Positions 21,459-32,244 of a stretch of DNA of 64,000 nucleotides are shown here, in pieces. The notes beneath the pieces were generated by a model. That model saw only the letters and a program-made list of their open reading frames with translations, made no database searches and was not told the DNA's origin. The first letter of the stretch is position 1; every line of letters starts with the position of its first letter. The DNA comes from Kiritimatiellia bacterium (GTDB lineage Bacteria > Verrucomicrobiota > Kiritimatiellia > RFP12 > JBMNHG01), in assembly GCA_050950285.1 (NCBI GenBank), contig JBMNHG010000002.1:1-64000 (forward strand), written 5' to 3'. Both the position numbers and the translations under genes were made by a program.

Positions 21459-23006
21459 CTACTCCCCCTTGCGCCATTCCTGGAGCTGGTCTTCGCCGGG
21501 GGCGGAGACCAGCTCGTAGAGACGCCAGTCGCCGAAGTCGCGGGCGAAGAGAAGGCGTTGCGCGCCGCGCTCGAAGATTCCGGGATACCGCCAGTAGAGG
21601 CTTTCCCAGGCTGCGGCGTGCCGCGGTCGCGGCATCAGCAGGAAGATGTGCTGGCGGGTGTAATCGGTGCGCAGCGCCCCCAGGAAGGGATCCAGGCACG
21701 GGGTGAAGGGTTCGGGGCGTTCACCGCCGAGAAGGCCCGGGGCGGTGTAGCCGCAGACGAAGATGCGGCCGTAGGGCGTCTGGGCCTCGACGGTCGTCCG
21801 GACATGCTCGAGCAGGACGGCGGACTCGACGCGGGAGCGGTCGATCGGTGGGATTTCCGGGGAGCATCGTGCGAGGAAGGCCAGGCGGGCGGTCGCCAGC
21901 ATCACGGTCGAGAAGACGAGCATCACGACGCCTCCCAGCGTGGTGCGGCGGAGCGGGGCGGCACCGCCGTCGCGGAGCGAGGAGCGCGCGGCGATGCGCG
22001 CGAGGGCCAGGACGGCGGCCACGACGCCCAGGGCGGGGCTCGGGTCGAGCGTGTGGTCCAGCCCGGCGGAGCGGAAGACTTCCGCCCAGAGGGCAAGGAC
22101 GGCGATTCCGGCGAGCAGCGCGAGAAGGGAGGCATCGCGGCGGCGCGCAATGGCCGCAACGAGGAGGAGGACGGCAGCGACGGCGGCCGGGAGGCCGGGC
22201 GCGGAGGGATTCCAGGAGAGGCAGCGCCCCATCCCGCGGAGGGCATAGAAGCCGTCGCCCAGGATCAGCCACCCCATCAGGCACCAGACCAGGAGCGTGT
22301 AGAGGCCCGGCAGGACGCCGAGGACGAAGACGCCCTGGAAGCGTCCGCGAAGCGCGGGGTGCCAGAGGACCGGAAGCGGCATGAGGAGGAAGAGCGCGAA
22401 GGCGAGGCCGGCGGTGGCAAAGCCGCAGAGCACGAGGGCCGCGATGGCGAAGGCGAGCTTCACGAGATCGGACAGCCTGCCGCTCCCCCACCAGTCCGCG
22501 AGCTTGCAGAGGGAAACGACGCCGGTCGCGACGACGACCATGCGCACCGGATCGGCGGGACCGGCGAGGTGCCAGAGGAGCCCCGCGCAGGCGATCCAGG
22601 CGGACGAGCGGGCAAGAGGCACGGAGAAGCGGACGAGACGGGCGGGAGGCGGACCGTCCGCGGCGGCCGTTTCGGGATGGAAGGCCCGTCCGAGCGTGAT
22701 CCACACGGCGTACAACGCGATGGCGAAGGCGAGGAACACGGTGAAGACGGCGGCCCAAGGGAGGGCGGCATGGGGGGCGAAGAAGGCCGCGGGGGCGCCG
22801 ACGAGCAGGGGAAGGGGCGGATGCCAGCCGGAGCCGACGAGGGCCTGGCGGCCTTCGGTGGTCCCGGCGACGATTTCACGGCAGAGTCCTTCGAAGACCC
22901 AGGCGTCGGCCTGGAAGGCGCCGCTGCGGACGGCCAGGGAGACGAGGATCGCGGAGAGGGCGATGCCGGGCAGCCACTCAAGCGTTTTGCGACGAAGATA
23001 GCCCAT
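21459..23006 (-). CDS. Polytopic membrane protein, possibly GT-C-like
   Basis: Many hydrophobic helices, periplasmic loop with GWHPPLPLL, soluble C-terminal domain; overlaps the GT2 gene end. Confidence 0.65.
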   Translation of the reverse strand: MGYLRRKTLEWLPGIALSAILVSLAVRSGAFQADAWVFEGLCREIVAGTTEGRQALVGSGWHPPLPLLVGAPAAFFAPHAALPWAAVFTVFLAFAIALYAVWITLGRAFHPETAAADGPPPARLVRFSVPLARSSAWIACAGLLWHLAGPADPVRMVVVATGVVSLCKLADWWGSGRLSDLVKLAFAIAALVLCGFATAGLAFALFLLMPLPVLWHPALRGRFQGVFVLGVLPGLYTLLVWCLMGWLILGDGFYALRGMGRCLSWNPSAPGLPAAVAAVLLLVAAIARRRDASLLALLAGIAVLALWAEVFRSAGLDHTLDPSPALGVVAAVLALARIAARSSLRDGGAAPLRRTTLGGVVMLVFSTVMLATARLAFLARCSPEIPPIDRSRVESAVLLEHVRTTVEAQTPYGRIFVCGYTAPGLLGGERPEPFTPCLDPFLGALRTDYTRQHIFLLMPRPRHAAAWESLYWRYPGIFERGAQRLLFARDFGDWRLYELVSAPGEDQLQEWRKGE

Positions 23007-24387
23007 GCTGGGTCTTCTCCCAATGGAAAGGGTTGGTGAAGAACTGGAGGAAGGCGCGCCACCCGCTGACGCTCATCATCACCCAGTAGGCGGGGATGAG
23101 GAGGACGGCCCAGACGAGCGAATCGAAGGTGCGGCGATAGCATCCGAGCAGGTTCACGTACACGAAGAAAAAGTTGCCGAGGAAGAGGTTCAAGGCGCCG
23201 AGCGCGAAGATGGGGCCGGGGAAGAGCTGCCCCACGCCGTCGGGGCGCACGAGGAACCAGAGGAGGGCGAGGGTCCAGAAGATGGGATTGATGAGCGAGG
23301 AGAAAATCGATCCGCCGATGAGCAGCTGGAAGTGCAGGAAATTGCGGAAGCCGAGTTCGCGGAGGAGCAGGAGGGGACGGCGCATGTGCACGAACCAGGT
23401 CTGGATGTACCCCTTCTGCCAGCGGGTACGCTGGCGAATCCAGAACGGCAGGCTGCTGCAGGCCTCTTCCCAGGTGGTGGTGTCGAGCATCCGGGTGGAG
23501 TATCCGGCGCGGCAGAGGCGCACGCCGAGGTCGCAGTCCTCGGTGACGTTGTAGGCGTCCCAGCCCATGAGGTCGCGGAGGATGCTCGTCTTGAAGTGGT
23601 TCGACGTGCCGCCGAGGGGGACCACGGCGTCCATGGCGGCGAGGCCGGGCAGGCAGAGGTCGAACCAGGAGGAATAGTCGGCGGTGAACCAGCGGGTGAG
23701 GAGGTTGAAGCGGGAGTTGTAGAAATTGAGCCGCGACTGGATGCAGGCGATGCGCTCGGGGGAGGCCTCGAAGGCGAGGACGGCCTGCTTGAGCTGGAGG
23801 GGTTCCGGGCGGTCTTCGGCGTCGTAGATGACGAGGTATTGGCCCCGGGCGAGGTGGAGTCCGTAGTTGCAGGCCTTGGGCTTGGTGCGGGGGAACGACG
23901 GGGGGACGACGGTGATGCGGAAGCCGGGCGGCAGGGTCATGGCGCGGGCGGCGGAGAGGGTCTCGGCGTCATCCTCCTCGAGCAGGAGCTGGATGTCCTT
24001 GCGGTCGGCGGGGTAGTCGATGGCCGTCAGGCCGGCGATCATCTGGGGAAGCGTTTCGGCCTCCTTGTACATCGGCACGAGGATGGAATAGACGGGCCAG
24101 TCGCGCGGAGGCAGCGCATCCACCTCCTCCCGGGTGAAACGCAGCGAAGAGCCGGGGGCGGCGGAGGCGCGCACGAGGAGGAATTTGTACAGGGTGGCGG
24201 CCACGTAGAAGAGGGTGGCGAGGGCGACGAGCAGCCGGGCGGTCGCGAGGGCGTCCATGCAGAATCCCGCTGCGACGGCGAGCACGAGGAGGGCCGCCAC
24301 AATCCATTGCGGGACGGTCACAGGCTGCCTCGCGCTCCACTCGGGGCGCCGGTTCGCGAGTTCGAGGGGGTCGAAAGAGGTGTTCAT
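22978..24387 (-). CDS. Processive GT2 glycosyltransferase (cellulose-synthase/NfrB-like)
   Basis: VPMYKE, PRTKPKACN, YDAED, GGTSNHF, VTEDCDLG, QRTRWQKG, WEKTQHG; TMs at both ends. Confidence 0.92.
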   Translation of the reverse strand: MNTSFDPLELANRRPEWSARQPVTVPQWIVAALLVLAVAAGFCMDALATARLLVALATLFYVAATLYKFLLVRASAAPGSSLRFTREEVDALPPRDWPVYSILVPMYKEAETLPQMIAGLTAIDYPADRKDIQLLLEEDDAETLSAARAMTLPPGFRITVVPPSFPRTKPKACNYGLHLARGQYLVIYDAEDRPEPLQLKQAVLAFEASPERIACIQSRLNFYNSRFNLLTRWFTADYSSWFDLCLPGLAAMDAVVPLGGTSNHFKTSILRDLMGWDAYNVTEDCDLGVRLCRAGYSTRMLDTTTWEEACSSLPFWIRQRTRWQKGYIQTWFVHMRRPLLLLRELGFRNFLHFQLLIGGSIFSSLINPIFWTLALLWFLVRPDGVGQLFPGPIFALGALNLFLGNFFFVYVNLLGCYRRTFDSLVWAVLLIPAYWVMMSVSGWRAFLQFFTNPFHWEKTQHGLSSSQNA

Positions 24388-24408
24388 GGGAGGGATGGAG
24401 GAAAGGAA

Positions 24409-26703
24409 CTACCAGGCGCCATTGCCGTCGAGGACGTCGTCGATGGCCGAGGAGACGGCGGAAGCGCCCTCAAGGCCGGAGGTGCGGGAGAGCGAATAGG
24501 CGTCGGCGACGGTGGCGCGGGTGGCGTCGGCCACGCGGACCACGACGGAGGCCACGAGGCGGTCGGGATCGTCGCCGGCGGCGGCGGCGGACGGCATCTT
24601 CACGGTTCCGGCGGGCGGGGTCACCAGCACCGCGGACGCGCCCAGCGCGTCGCGGACGAGGGCGGCGAGGGCGGCGAGGCGGCGCTCGAAATCCGCAAGC
24701 GTTTCGCCCGAGGCGAGGCCCGAGAGGTCGGGAGCGATGACGAAGACGGCGGGGCCGCGAAGCGTCTCGAGGTCGGCGATGGCGGCGAGGCGGGTGAAGC
24801 GCCGGTCGCTCCGGAAGGAGGGGAGATCGGCGTAGCGCAAGCGGCGGAGGGAGGGATGGGAAGGAATATCCTGCGCGGCGGACGTGCCGAGGGGGGAGAA
24901 GCCGTCGAGGAAGAGGATGGACGGGGAGGCGTGCGGGGTGTTGGTGGAGACAGGGCGGATGGCGGGCAGCGGGACGGGGTCGCCGCCGGAACCGCGGGGG
25001 GCCACGAAGGTGACGGCGGCGCCGGAGGCATCGAGGAAGCGGTCTCCGTCGAGCGAGGCGGGCGCGCCGGCATAGGGGGCGCGATGGAAGACGGCGCGAC
25101 CGGAGGCGATGGCGACGCCCGCGTGGCGGACCTCCCAATCGATGGCGGCGACGTCGTAGGCGAAGCGGGCCGGGATTTCCAGCCGGCCCCATGTGCGGAC
25201 CAGCGGCACCATGGCGGAGTGTTCGGTGGTTTCGCCGGAGGGGGAGGTGATCTTCATCCAGGCCTCGAGATCCACGCCGGGAGAGGCGGTACTGCGCACG
25301 TGGAGTTCGGGGCGGACGGGGTCGTCCTCGTAGCAGACCGACGGGACGCCGAGGAGGCGCCCGGACACGCGGTATTCGCGGGAGGGTCCGGAGGGAAGCG
25401 GAACGGTGCCTTCGAGGGTGGATTCGAGTCCGGTGGAGGTTTGGATGCGGAGGGTCACGGGCATTTCCTTCGACGCTCCGGTGATGGCGAGGATGGAATC
25501 GCCGGTGCCGAGGGGGCGCCCCTGGCTCGACCATTCGCAATGGGCGGACGCGTCGCCTTCGCCCCAGAAGGCGTGGAGGCTTTCGAGGCGGACGGGGGTG
25601 AAGAGCGCGTCCGAACCGCGGAAGGAGTAGGCGGGGCCGGGGCGGCCGTGGAAGGCGGCGTGGAGCACGTCGCCGCGCGATTCGAAGCGAAGGGCGGGCG
25701 GCAGGCCGCCACAGGCGAGGCGCGACGCGGGAATGGGCTCGACCTCCTGCGCGCCGGGCGGGATCCAGCCGGCCTTCACGCGGATGGCCTTCTCGCAAAC
25801 GGCGAGGATCTCGATGCGATGGAGGCCGGGGTCGAGGCGGAAAACGTCGCTCTTCGACCAGTCCGAAGACGGACGGAAGTCGTCGGGGCTGTCGCGGGAG
25901 ACCCGCGAAACGTCGTCCACCGACAGGTAGCTGATCGCGGCGTCGCGCAGCGCGAAGACGTAGTCGCCCGCTTCGGGGACGATCAGCCAGCTCGCAAGCC
26001 GGGCCACGTAGGCGGGGCGCTCCCATCCGCCCTGGTACCAGGCGTTCGGCGGCGCGCTTTCCACGGGGACGAAGGCGGGAAGGGTGAAGATGAACGGCGG
26101 GGCGAGCTGGCGGTCCACCAAAAAGCGAAGCCCGTCGTGCGAAGGCGGGACGTCGTGCCCGCCGGCGCGGCGGATTTCCACGCGCACGGGGAAGGGGTCG
26201 ACGAACGGGGCGTCCGGCGCGGGCGGCGCATCGCCGGGCACCAGGTAGAGCGCCACGGGCGCGCGCGGCGCGACTCCCGCGCAATCCACCAGCACATCGA
26301 TGCCGTCGGGCGTCGCCACGAGCACGCGGCAGGGGCGGTCCGCGGAGGCGGTGGCGGCGCGTACGCCCGCGACCGGCCTTCCATCCGGAAGCGCGGCGGG
26401 CAGGTGCGCCAGCACGTGCGACTGCCCTACGGGGGCGGTAAAAACGGCGCGCCGCGGAAACTCCTCGAACTTCCAGGGAGGATCGGGCGCCGCCGCGCGG
26501 GCGCCGCCGCCCCATCCGGAGGCCATCGCGGCCGCGACGAAAACGAAGGCGAAGCGGCGCGCCGCGCGCCGCGCAGGACGGCGACGGGGCGGCGCCGCCC
26601 CCGAGGACGGAGGGCGGAACGGAAGGGCGGACGCCAGGCGGGCTCCGCCCCCGGCGGCGCCCCCGGGCGCTTCGGCCTTCCAGCATGTTTCCAGTGTCTT
26701 CAT
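24409..26703 (-). CDS. Exported protein with PA14-like domain and degenerate SGNH-like C-terminus (start uncertain)
   Basis: Hydrophobic leader; [17 protein letters not shown]...[10 protein letters not shown] is PA14-like; [10 protein letters not shown]...VLVTPP...VADAY is SGNH-like. Confidence 0.6.
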   Translation of the reverse strand: MKTLETCWKAEAPGGAAGGGARLASALPFRPPSSGAAPPRRRPARRAARRFAFVFVAAAMASGWGGGARAAAPDPPWKFEEFPRRAVFTAPVGQSHVLAHLPAALPDGRPVAGVRAATASADRPCRVLVATPDGIDVLVDCAGVAPRAPVALYLVPGDAPPAPDAPFVDPFPVRVEIRRAGGHDVPPSHDGLRFLVDRQLAPPFIFTLPAFVPVESAPPNAWYQGGWERPAYVARLASWLIVPEAGDYVFALRDAAISYLSVDDVSRVSRDSPDDFRPSSDWSKSDVFRLDPGLHRIEILAVCEKAIRVKAGWIPPGAQEVEPIPASRLACGGLPPALRFESRGDVLHAAFHGRPGPAYSFRGSDALFTPVRLESLHAFWGEGDASAHCEWSSQGRPLGTGDSILAITGASKEMPVTLRIQTSTGLESTLEGTVPLPSGPSREYRVSGRLLGVPSVCYEDDPVRPELHVRSTASPGVDLEAWMKITSPSGETTEHSAMVPLVRTWGRLEIPARFAYDVAAIDWEVRHAGVAIASGRAVFHRAPYAGAPASLDGDRFLDASGAAVTFVAPRGSGGDPVPLPAIRPVSTNTPHASPSILFLDGFSPLGTSAAQDIPSHPSLRRLRYADLPSFRSDRRFTRLAAIADLETLRGPAVFVIAPDLSGLASGETLADFERRLAALAALVRDALGASAVLVTPPAGTVKMPSAAAAGDDPDRLVASVVVRVADATRATVADAYSLSRTSGLEGASAVSSAIDDVLDGNGAW

Positions 26704-26737
26704 CTTTGGCACGTTTCGTGCAGGAAATCCCATCGTG

Positions 26738-27589
26738 ATGTCCGCGACCTCCAAACCAATGTTCCCGCGCGTCAGCCGGCTGGCGATTCCGCCTTCCGGG
26801 CGCGGCATGCCGCGGTCGGCGTCTTCCGTGCAATTCCTGTGCCAAGACGGGGCCGGGGAAGCGGCCCGGCGGGGTTTCACGCTGCCCGAAATGCTGGTGG
26901 TGATCTGCGTGATCGCCATCCTGGCCGGCATGATCGCGAACGCGTCGGTCTCCGCGCGCGAGCGCGCCCGCCAGACGAACTGCCTGAACAACCTGCGGCA
27001 GTTCGGCGCCGCGCTCGTGATCTACCGCGCCGACAAGCGGGCGAACCCATCCTGGCTTTCGAACCTCTATCCGGACTACATCGACAACAGGACGCAGTAC
27101 GTCTGCCGAAGCGACGAGGAGAAGGGGAACGGCGAGTACGTGGACCCGCCCGAGAACGCCTATCCCGGGATCGCGGACAACGAGAAGTACGGGCAGCCGG
27201 GGCGGAACACCGACGTCAAGCGGTGCAGCTACTTCTACGAATTCAACGGGGGCGACATCCCCCCGGGCTGGAACTGCGGGAACATCCCCGACCTGAACGG
27301 CGACGGGAAGACCAGCTGGGGCGAATACAAGGAACATGTGCTCGCCGGCGGATGCGGGGAGGGCTCGTCCTGCCTTGGCACCGTGGACGGGAAGCGCCCC
27401 AGCAGCTCCCGCCTCCCCATCGTCCGCTGCTACCACCACCACAAGTACGGCCGCATCAAGGGCCGCGCCGCGAAGGGCGCCCGCATCACCCTCGACAACC
27501 CCATCGTCCTGAACGTAGCCTACGAAGGCAACGTGTACGCCTCCCCGCCGTGGTGGGAGGGCACCGTGGAACCGGGAGACACCGACTAG
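26738..27589 (+). CDS. Prepilin-type N-methylation domain protein (start uncertain; alternative ATG ~26807)
   Basis: [38 protein letters not shown]. Confidence 0.85.
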   Translation: MSATSKPMFPRVSRLAIPPSGRGMPRSASSVQFLCQDGAGEAARRGFTLPEMLVVICVIAILAGMIANASVSARERARQTNCLNNLRQFGAALVIYRADKRANPSWLSNLYPDYIDNRTQYVCRSDEEKGNGEYVDPPENAYPGIADNEKYGQPGRNTDVKRCSYFYEFNGGDIPPGWNCGNIPDLNGDGKTSWGEYKEHVLAGGCGEGSSCLGTVDGKRPSSSRLPIVRCYHHHKYGRIKGRAAKGARITLDNPIVLNVAYEGNVYASPPWWEGTVEPGDTD

Positions 27590-27644
27590 CGCGGTCCAGG
27601 GCGGACTCCCCTCGCGGCACGCCGCTTTTCCGAGGAACGACACC

Positions 27645-29612
27645 ATGCTGAAGAACACCTCTTGCCGAAATGCCGCAGGCCTGACGGCTCTTTGCGCCGT
27701 CCTGCTCGCCGGATGCGCGACGCCAACGCTCGAAGAGCCGGTCTACGACTCCGCCCTCTTTTCCGCGGAGGCGGCCCTCGAACGGGGCGATCTCACCCAG
27801 GCGATGATCGAATGCATCGACATCGCCCGCGAAGACCCGCACCGCCCGGGCCTCCAGGCCCTCCAGGCGCGCATCCTCGCGGCCCTCGCGGAGCAGCGCG
27901 CGGAGGCGGCCCGCCTGCGCGAAAGTCCCACGCAGGCCGCCATGGTCGCCGAGCACGACCTCGCCACGTCCCTGCCCTACACCTACCGCCTCCGCCAGCA
28001 CGTGCGCGGGCTCGACGGATCCTTCGAATCCCTCCCGAACGAAATGCAGGAGATCCTGGCCCGCCCCGTAAGCATCCACCTGGTGGACGTGGGACTCGCC
28101 GACATCGTCACCCAGATCGGCACCGCCGAGAACGTCAACATCGTGACGGACGGCGCGCTCGCCGACGGCGCCACCCTCACCATCCACGTGGACGACGTCC
28201 CCCTCTCCGAGGTCCTCGAATACGTGGGGCGCAACCTCGACGTGACCTTTTCCGTGGGACGCAACATCATCTGGGTCACCGCAGGGAACGCCTCCGCCGG
28301 CGGCCCGCCGATGGTCACCCGCATCTACCGCCTGCGCCGCGGCGTGACCGCCGCCGAACTCGGCTTCAAGTTCGAGGAAAGCACCAGCGGCGCCTCCAAC
28401 GGCATCGCAGACGCGGAACTCGACGAGCACAACGCGCTCGGTACCATCACCGTGATGGACGCCATCCAGACCTTCGTCCCGGAGCTGGAAGGCACCGCCA
28501 TCGTCTACAACCGCAAGACCAACGCCCTTCTGGTCAAGAACACCCGCGAAAACCTCGCGCTCATCGAAGACATCATCGACGCCCTCGACGTCCGCCCGCC
28601 CCAGGTGCTCATCGAGGCCCGCTTCCTCTCCACCTCGGTGGAGGATCTCCGCGAACTCGGCATCGACTGGGTGCTGAACAGCGCCATCGGCATCACCAAG
28701 GGCGGGATACTCGTCAACGGCACCCCCTTCGAGGTCAACGAGACGCAGATCGACGCCACCATGAGGTGGACGAAGTTCGCGAACCAATCCAGCGGGCTGA
28801 ACGGCTCTTTCACCGGCATCCTCACCGACCCCATGTTCCGGGCCACCCTCCACGCCCTCGAAACCTACGGCAACGCCCGCACCCTCTCCATGCCGCGCGT
28901 CACCGCCATCAACAACTCCAAGGCCCATATCCGCGTGGGCGAGGACTTCCTCTACTACGAGGACTACGACCTCGAAGACTACGACGCGGTAATCAATACC
29001 GGCAGCGGAAACAGCGAGACCGTCACCCGTTCCCGCATGGTGCCCTCCGGATCGCCCACCAGGGAGGAACTGGGAATCTCCCTCACCGCCGTCCCCAGCG
29101 TAGGCGCCGACATGGCCTCCATCGACATCCTGCTCGCCCCCTCCATCCGGGAGTTCGTCCGCTGGGAGTACTTCCTGGCCGCGAACGACAACGCGAACAT
29201 CTCCGACGGCAGCATCACCAACGAAGCCTCCATCTTGAAACTGCCCGTTTTCCGCGTGAACGAAATCGAGACCGAAGTGGTCGTCCGCAGCGGCGAAACC
29301 GTCGTCATGGGCGGCCTCATGGAATCCACGCGCCAGAAGACCACCGAAGGCGTCCCCTTCTTCTCGAAGCTCCCCTTCCTCGGCCAGCTCTTCCGCCACG
29401 ATGTCTGGGAAGAACGCCGCAAGAACCTGATCGTGTTCGTCACCGCCACCGTCGTCGCCGACACCGGCGAGGATCTCCTCCCCCTCGTCACGCCCCCCGT
29501 CATCGACCTTCCGGAACAGGTGGAACTCGGGGAACCCCCTTCTCTCGAAGCACAGGAGCCGCCCGCGACGGAAGCCGCGCCCGCCGAAGCGCCCGCCGAA
29601 GCCGCGCCCTGA
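27645..29612 (+). CDS. Secretin (GspD/PilQ family), lipoprotein
   Basis: LLAGC lipobox; LDVRPPQVLIEARF, TLSMPRVTAINN..A.I.VG, VRSGETVVMGGL, GVPFFSKLPFLGQLF, NLIVFVT. Confidence 0.93.
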   Translation: MLKNTSCRNAAGLTALCAVLLAGCATPTLEEPVYDSALFSAEAALERGDLTQAMIECIDIAREDPHRPGLQALQARILAALAEQRAEAARLRESPTQAAMVAEHDLATSLPYTYRLRQHVRGLDGSFESLPNEMQEILARPVSIHLVDVGLADIVTQIGTAENVNIVTDGALADGATLTIHVDDVPLSEVLEYVGRNLDVTFSVGRNIIWVTAGNASAGGPPMVTRIYRLRRGVTAAELGFKFEESTSGASNGIADAELDEHNALGTITVMDAIQTFVPELEGTAIVYNRKTNALLVKNTRENLALIEDIIDALDVRPPQVLIEARFLSTSVEDLRELGIDWVLNSAIGITKGGILVNGTPFEVNETQIDATMRWTKFANQSSGLNGSFTGILTDPMFRATLHALETYGNARTLSMPRVTAINNSKAHIRVGEDFLYYEDYDLEDYDAVINTGSGNSETVTRSRMVPSGSPTREELGISLTAVPSVGADMASIDILLAPSIREFVRWEYFLAANDNANISDGSITNEASILKLPVFRVNEIETEVVVRSGETVVMGGLMESTRQKTTEGVPFFSKLPFLGQLFRHDVWEERRKNLIVFVTATVVADTGEDLLPLVTPPVIDLPEQVELGEPPSLEAQEPPATEAAPAEAPAEAAP

Positions 29613-29661
29613 CGCCCTCGTCGCTCCCCCCGCCCCACCCCATTTTATTCCTCCCCGGACC

Positions 29662-31488
29662 ATGGCGCATGTAAAACAGATCGTCGGACTGGACCTCGGA
29701 ACGCGCACCGTGCGCGCCGCGTGGGTGACCCTTCGCGGCGGCACGCCGCAGGTCCTCCGCGTCGAGCAGATGGTGCTCCCGGCCGATGCCCAGGAGCCGA
29801 ACGACCTCATCCTCGCCTGGCTGAAACGCCTCGGACTGGCCGGCGATTTCTGCGCCATCGGCCTTCCCGGCGCACACACCGTCTTCCAGACCGGACGCCT
29901 TGCGCCGAACGACCCGCGCACCCCTCGCCAGGCGGCGGACATGGAGCTCGCAACCTTCAACGAAATGGCGGGCGACACCATGCGGTGCAGCGTCGTCGAC
30001 TGCGAATGGAGCCCCGGCACCCGCCTCTACCTCATGGCCATGGTGCGCCCCGCAATGGCCGAACAGGCCATCGCCGCGCTCGACCCCATCCAGCTGCGCG
30101 CCGCCGATCTCGTCCCCGTCCCCGTGGCCGTCTTCAACGCCCTCGACCCCCTCGCCGGCCCCCACGACGCCCCCTTCCTCTACATCAACATCGGACACCT
30201 CCAAACCGACCTCGCCATCGGAAGCTCGAAGTGCCTCCTCTTCTCCCGCACCGTCGCCATGGGCGGCAAGGCCTTCACCGACGCCATCAGCCGCCAAGCC
30301 AAGTACACCGTCCAGCAGGCCGAAGTCCTCAAGCACCGCGACGGCTCGCTGGACCCCGACTCCCCCTGCGGCGCCATCCTGAAACCCGTCGCCGACCGCC
30401 TCGTCTCCCAAATCGCGTCGGCCGTGGGCGTCTACCGAGGCTCCTTCCGCGACCCCGGCTTCGCCATCGGGCAAATCGTCCTCTCCGGCGGCGGCGCGCA
30501 ACTCCGCGGCATCGCAGGCCTCATCGGCGCCAAGTTCGACCTCCCCGTCCTCTCCGCCAACGACCTGGCGGACGCCCGGCCCTCCCCCGGCGCGCCGCCA
30601 CGCACCCGCTACCGCCTCCCCGCCGGGAACTGCCCCCTCGCCTCCTACGACGTCGCCATCGGCCTGGCCCTCACCGCCTACGAGGCGGGCGAAGCCAACC
30701 TCTCGCTCCTTCCCTCGAACATGCGCGAGGAAATCATCTTCCGCGAGAAGAAGCCCTACTGGATCGCCGCCGCCGCGCTTCTCACGCTCACCCTCGGCAT
30801 CTTCGCCTTCAGCGTGGTCCACGCCGTCCACCTCGCCAACACGAGGATGGAGGAGGAAAGCAAACGCCTCAAGAAGTACGAGAGGATCGACAACGAAATC
30901 GCCCAGATCAAGGCCGGGAACGAAGCCCTCCGAAAGCGCGTCGAACCCCTCATGCGCCTCCTCGAAAACGGCCCCAGGATGCGCCTCGCCCTCTCCCTCG
31001 CCGCCAACGCCATCGGCCCGAACGACTGGATCTCCATGATCTGCGAGGAACAGGCATACCTTTCCCAGGAGCCCGCCGCCGGCAAAAAGGCCAAAGCCAA
31101 GGCGCCCCCGAAGAAGGGCCGGAAAAACGCCGCGCCGGACGCCGGCGAAGCCGAACGCCCCCTTCTCTTCCTCCCCGGATTCCGCGGAGGCATCCGCCCC
31201 GCTCCCCCCGAAACCCCCGGCGATGAAGACGAATTCACCGTTGTCGAGGCCGAACCCGGCTCCCCGTTCGACGTCTTCATCGTCGAAGGCTATACCCCGG
31301 ACGTGAGCCTCGCCTCCATCCAGGAGATGGTCCGGCGCCTCCTCACCGCACCCGAGGTCAAATCCGTCGACCTCCTCAGCGACGCCCTCGTCCGGCCCCC
31401 CTCCCTCCCCGAAGTCCCGGACGACATCGCCCTCGACGTGCCCAACCACCGCCGCTTCGTCCTGCGAATGGAGTTGGAACGCCCATGA
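29662..31488 (+). CDS. PilM-like actin-fold protein fused to a PilN-like TM/periplasmic region
   Basis: VGLDLG, INIG, GGKAFTDAI, IVLSGGGAQLRG, AIGLAL, then NLSLLP + TM + coiled coil. Confidence 0.85.
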   Translation: MAHVKQIVGLDLGTRTVRAAWVTLRGGTPQVLRVEQMVLPADAQEPNDLILAWLKRLGLAGDFCAIGLPGAHTVFQTGRLAPNDPRTPRQAADMELATFNEMAGDTMRCSVVDCEWSPGTRLYLMAMVRPAMAEQAIAALDPIQLRAADLVPVPVAVFNALDPLAGPHDAPFLYINIGHLQTDLAIGSSKCLLFSRTVAMGGKAFTDAISRQAKYTVQQAEVLKHRDGSLDPDSPCGAILKPVADRLVSQIASAVGVYRGSFRDPGFAIGQIVLSGGGAQLRGIAGLIGAKFDLPVLSANDLADARPSPGAPPRTRYRLPAGNCPLASYDVAIGLALTAYEAGEANLSLLPSNMREEIIFREKKPYWIAAAALLTLTLGIFAFSVVHAVHLANTRMEEESKRLKKYERIDNEIAQIKAGNEALRKRVEPLMRLLENGPRMRLALSLAANAIGPNDWISMICEEQAYLSQEPAAGKKAKAKAPPKKGRKNAAPDAGEAERPLLFLPGFRGGIRPAPPETPGDEDEFTVVEAEPGSPFDVFIVEGYTPDVSLASIQEMVRRLLTAPEVKSVDLLSDALVRPPSLPEVPDDIALDVPNHRRFVLRMELERP

Positions 31489-32240
31489 GAATCACTTCGT
31501 TCCGATTGACCGAGCAACAGCAGTTCCTGCTGATCATCGTCGCCGCCATCGGCGTCCTCCTCGGCATTTGGTTCGGCCTTCTCGGCCCCATGCTGGAAAA
31601 ACGCGCCGAAAACGCCCGCACCGAGGAAAAGCTCAGCCATTCGCCCTACGCCCGCTATTCGATGGACGACCTCCTCGCCGCCGCCGCCCACGAGACGCAA
31701 GGAGGCGAAACCCTCCAGCAGGAGTGGAAACAAACCGCCGACCGCCTCGGCACCTTCCCCTCCCAGCACCTCCTCCGCGCCTCCGAGATGGGACGCATCG
31801 ACTACAAGAAAGAGCTCTTCGACACCCGCGCCCGCCTGATCCAGAAGTCCGAAACCCTCGACGTCCAGCTCGACCCCCTCGACCTCGGCCTCGTGGATGC
31901 CCTCGGCAGCAACGACGAGGAAATCCGCATCCGCATGCTCCAGCTCCGCTCCGTCGAACGCCTCGCCGACCTCGCGCTCGACCGCCGCATCGCCCGCCTC
32001 CGCAAGATCGACCCCCTCGCCCCGCTCCGCCATACGTCCGAAGACGCCAAAACCGTCTTCACCGAATTCCCCGTGAAGGCCGATTTCGACATCGGCTTCG
32101 ACAACCTCTTCATCCTCTTCCAAGCCGTCTTCGAAGAAGGCCAGATCTTCGTCTTCCGCGACATCCGCATCGAATCCGGCGCCCTGCCCCAAGACCCCCT
32201 GCGGGTCAAGGCCACCCTCAGCGCCCTCCTCTTCGAATAA
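31485..32240 (+). CDS. PilO/GspM-like alignment protein
   Basis: LTEQQQ + N-terminal TM, coiled coil, EFPVKADF ferredoxin-like end; position after PilMN. Confidence 0.65.
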   Translation: MRITSFRLTEQQQFLLIIVAAIGVLLGIWFGLLGPMLEKRAENARTEEKLSHSPYARYSMDDLLAAAAHETQGGETLQQEWKQTADRLGTFPSQHLLRASEMGRIDYKKELFDTRARLIQKSETLDVQLDPLDLGLVDALGSNDEEIRIRMLQLRSVERLADLALDRRIARLRKIDPLAPLRHTSEDAKTVFTEFPVKADFDIGFDNLFILFQAVFEEGQIFVFRDIRIESGALPQDPLRVKATLSALLFE

Positions 32241-32244
32241 TCCT

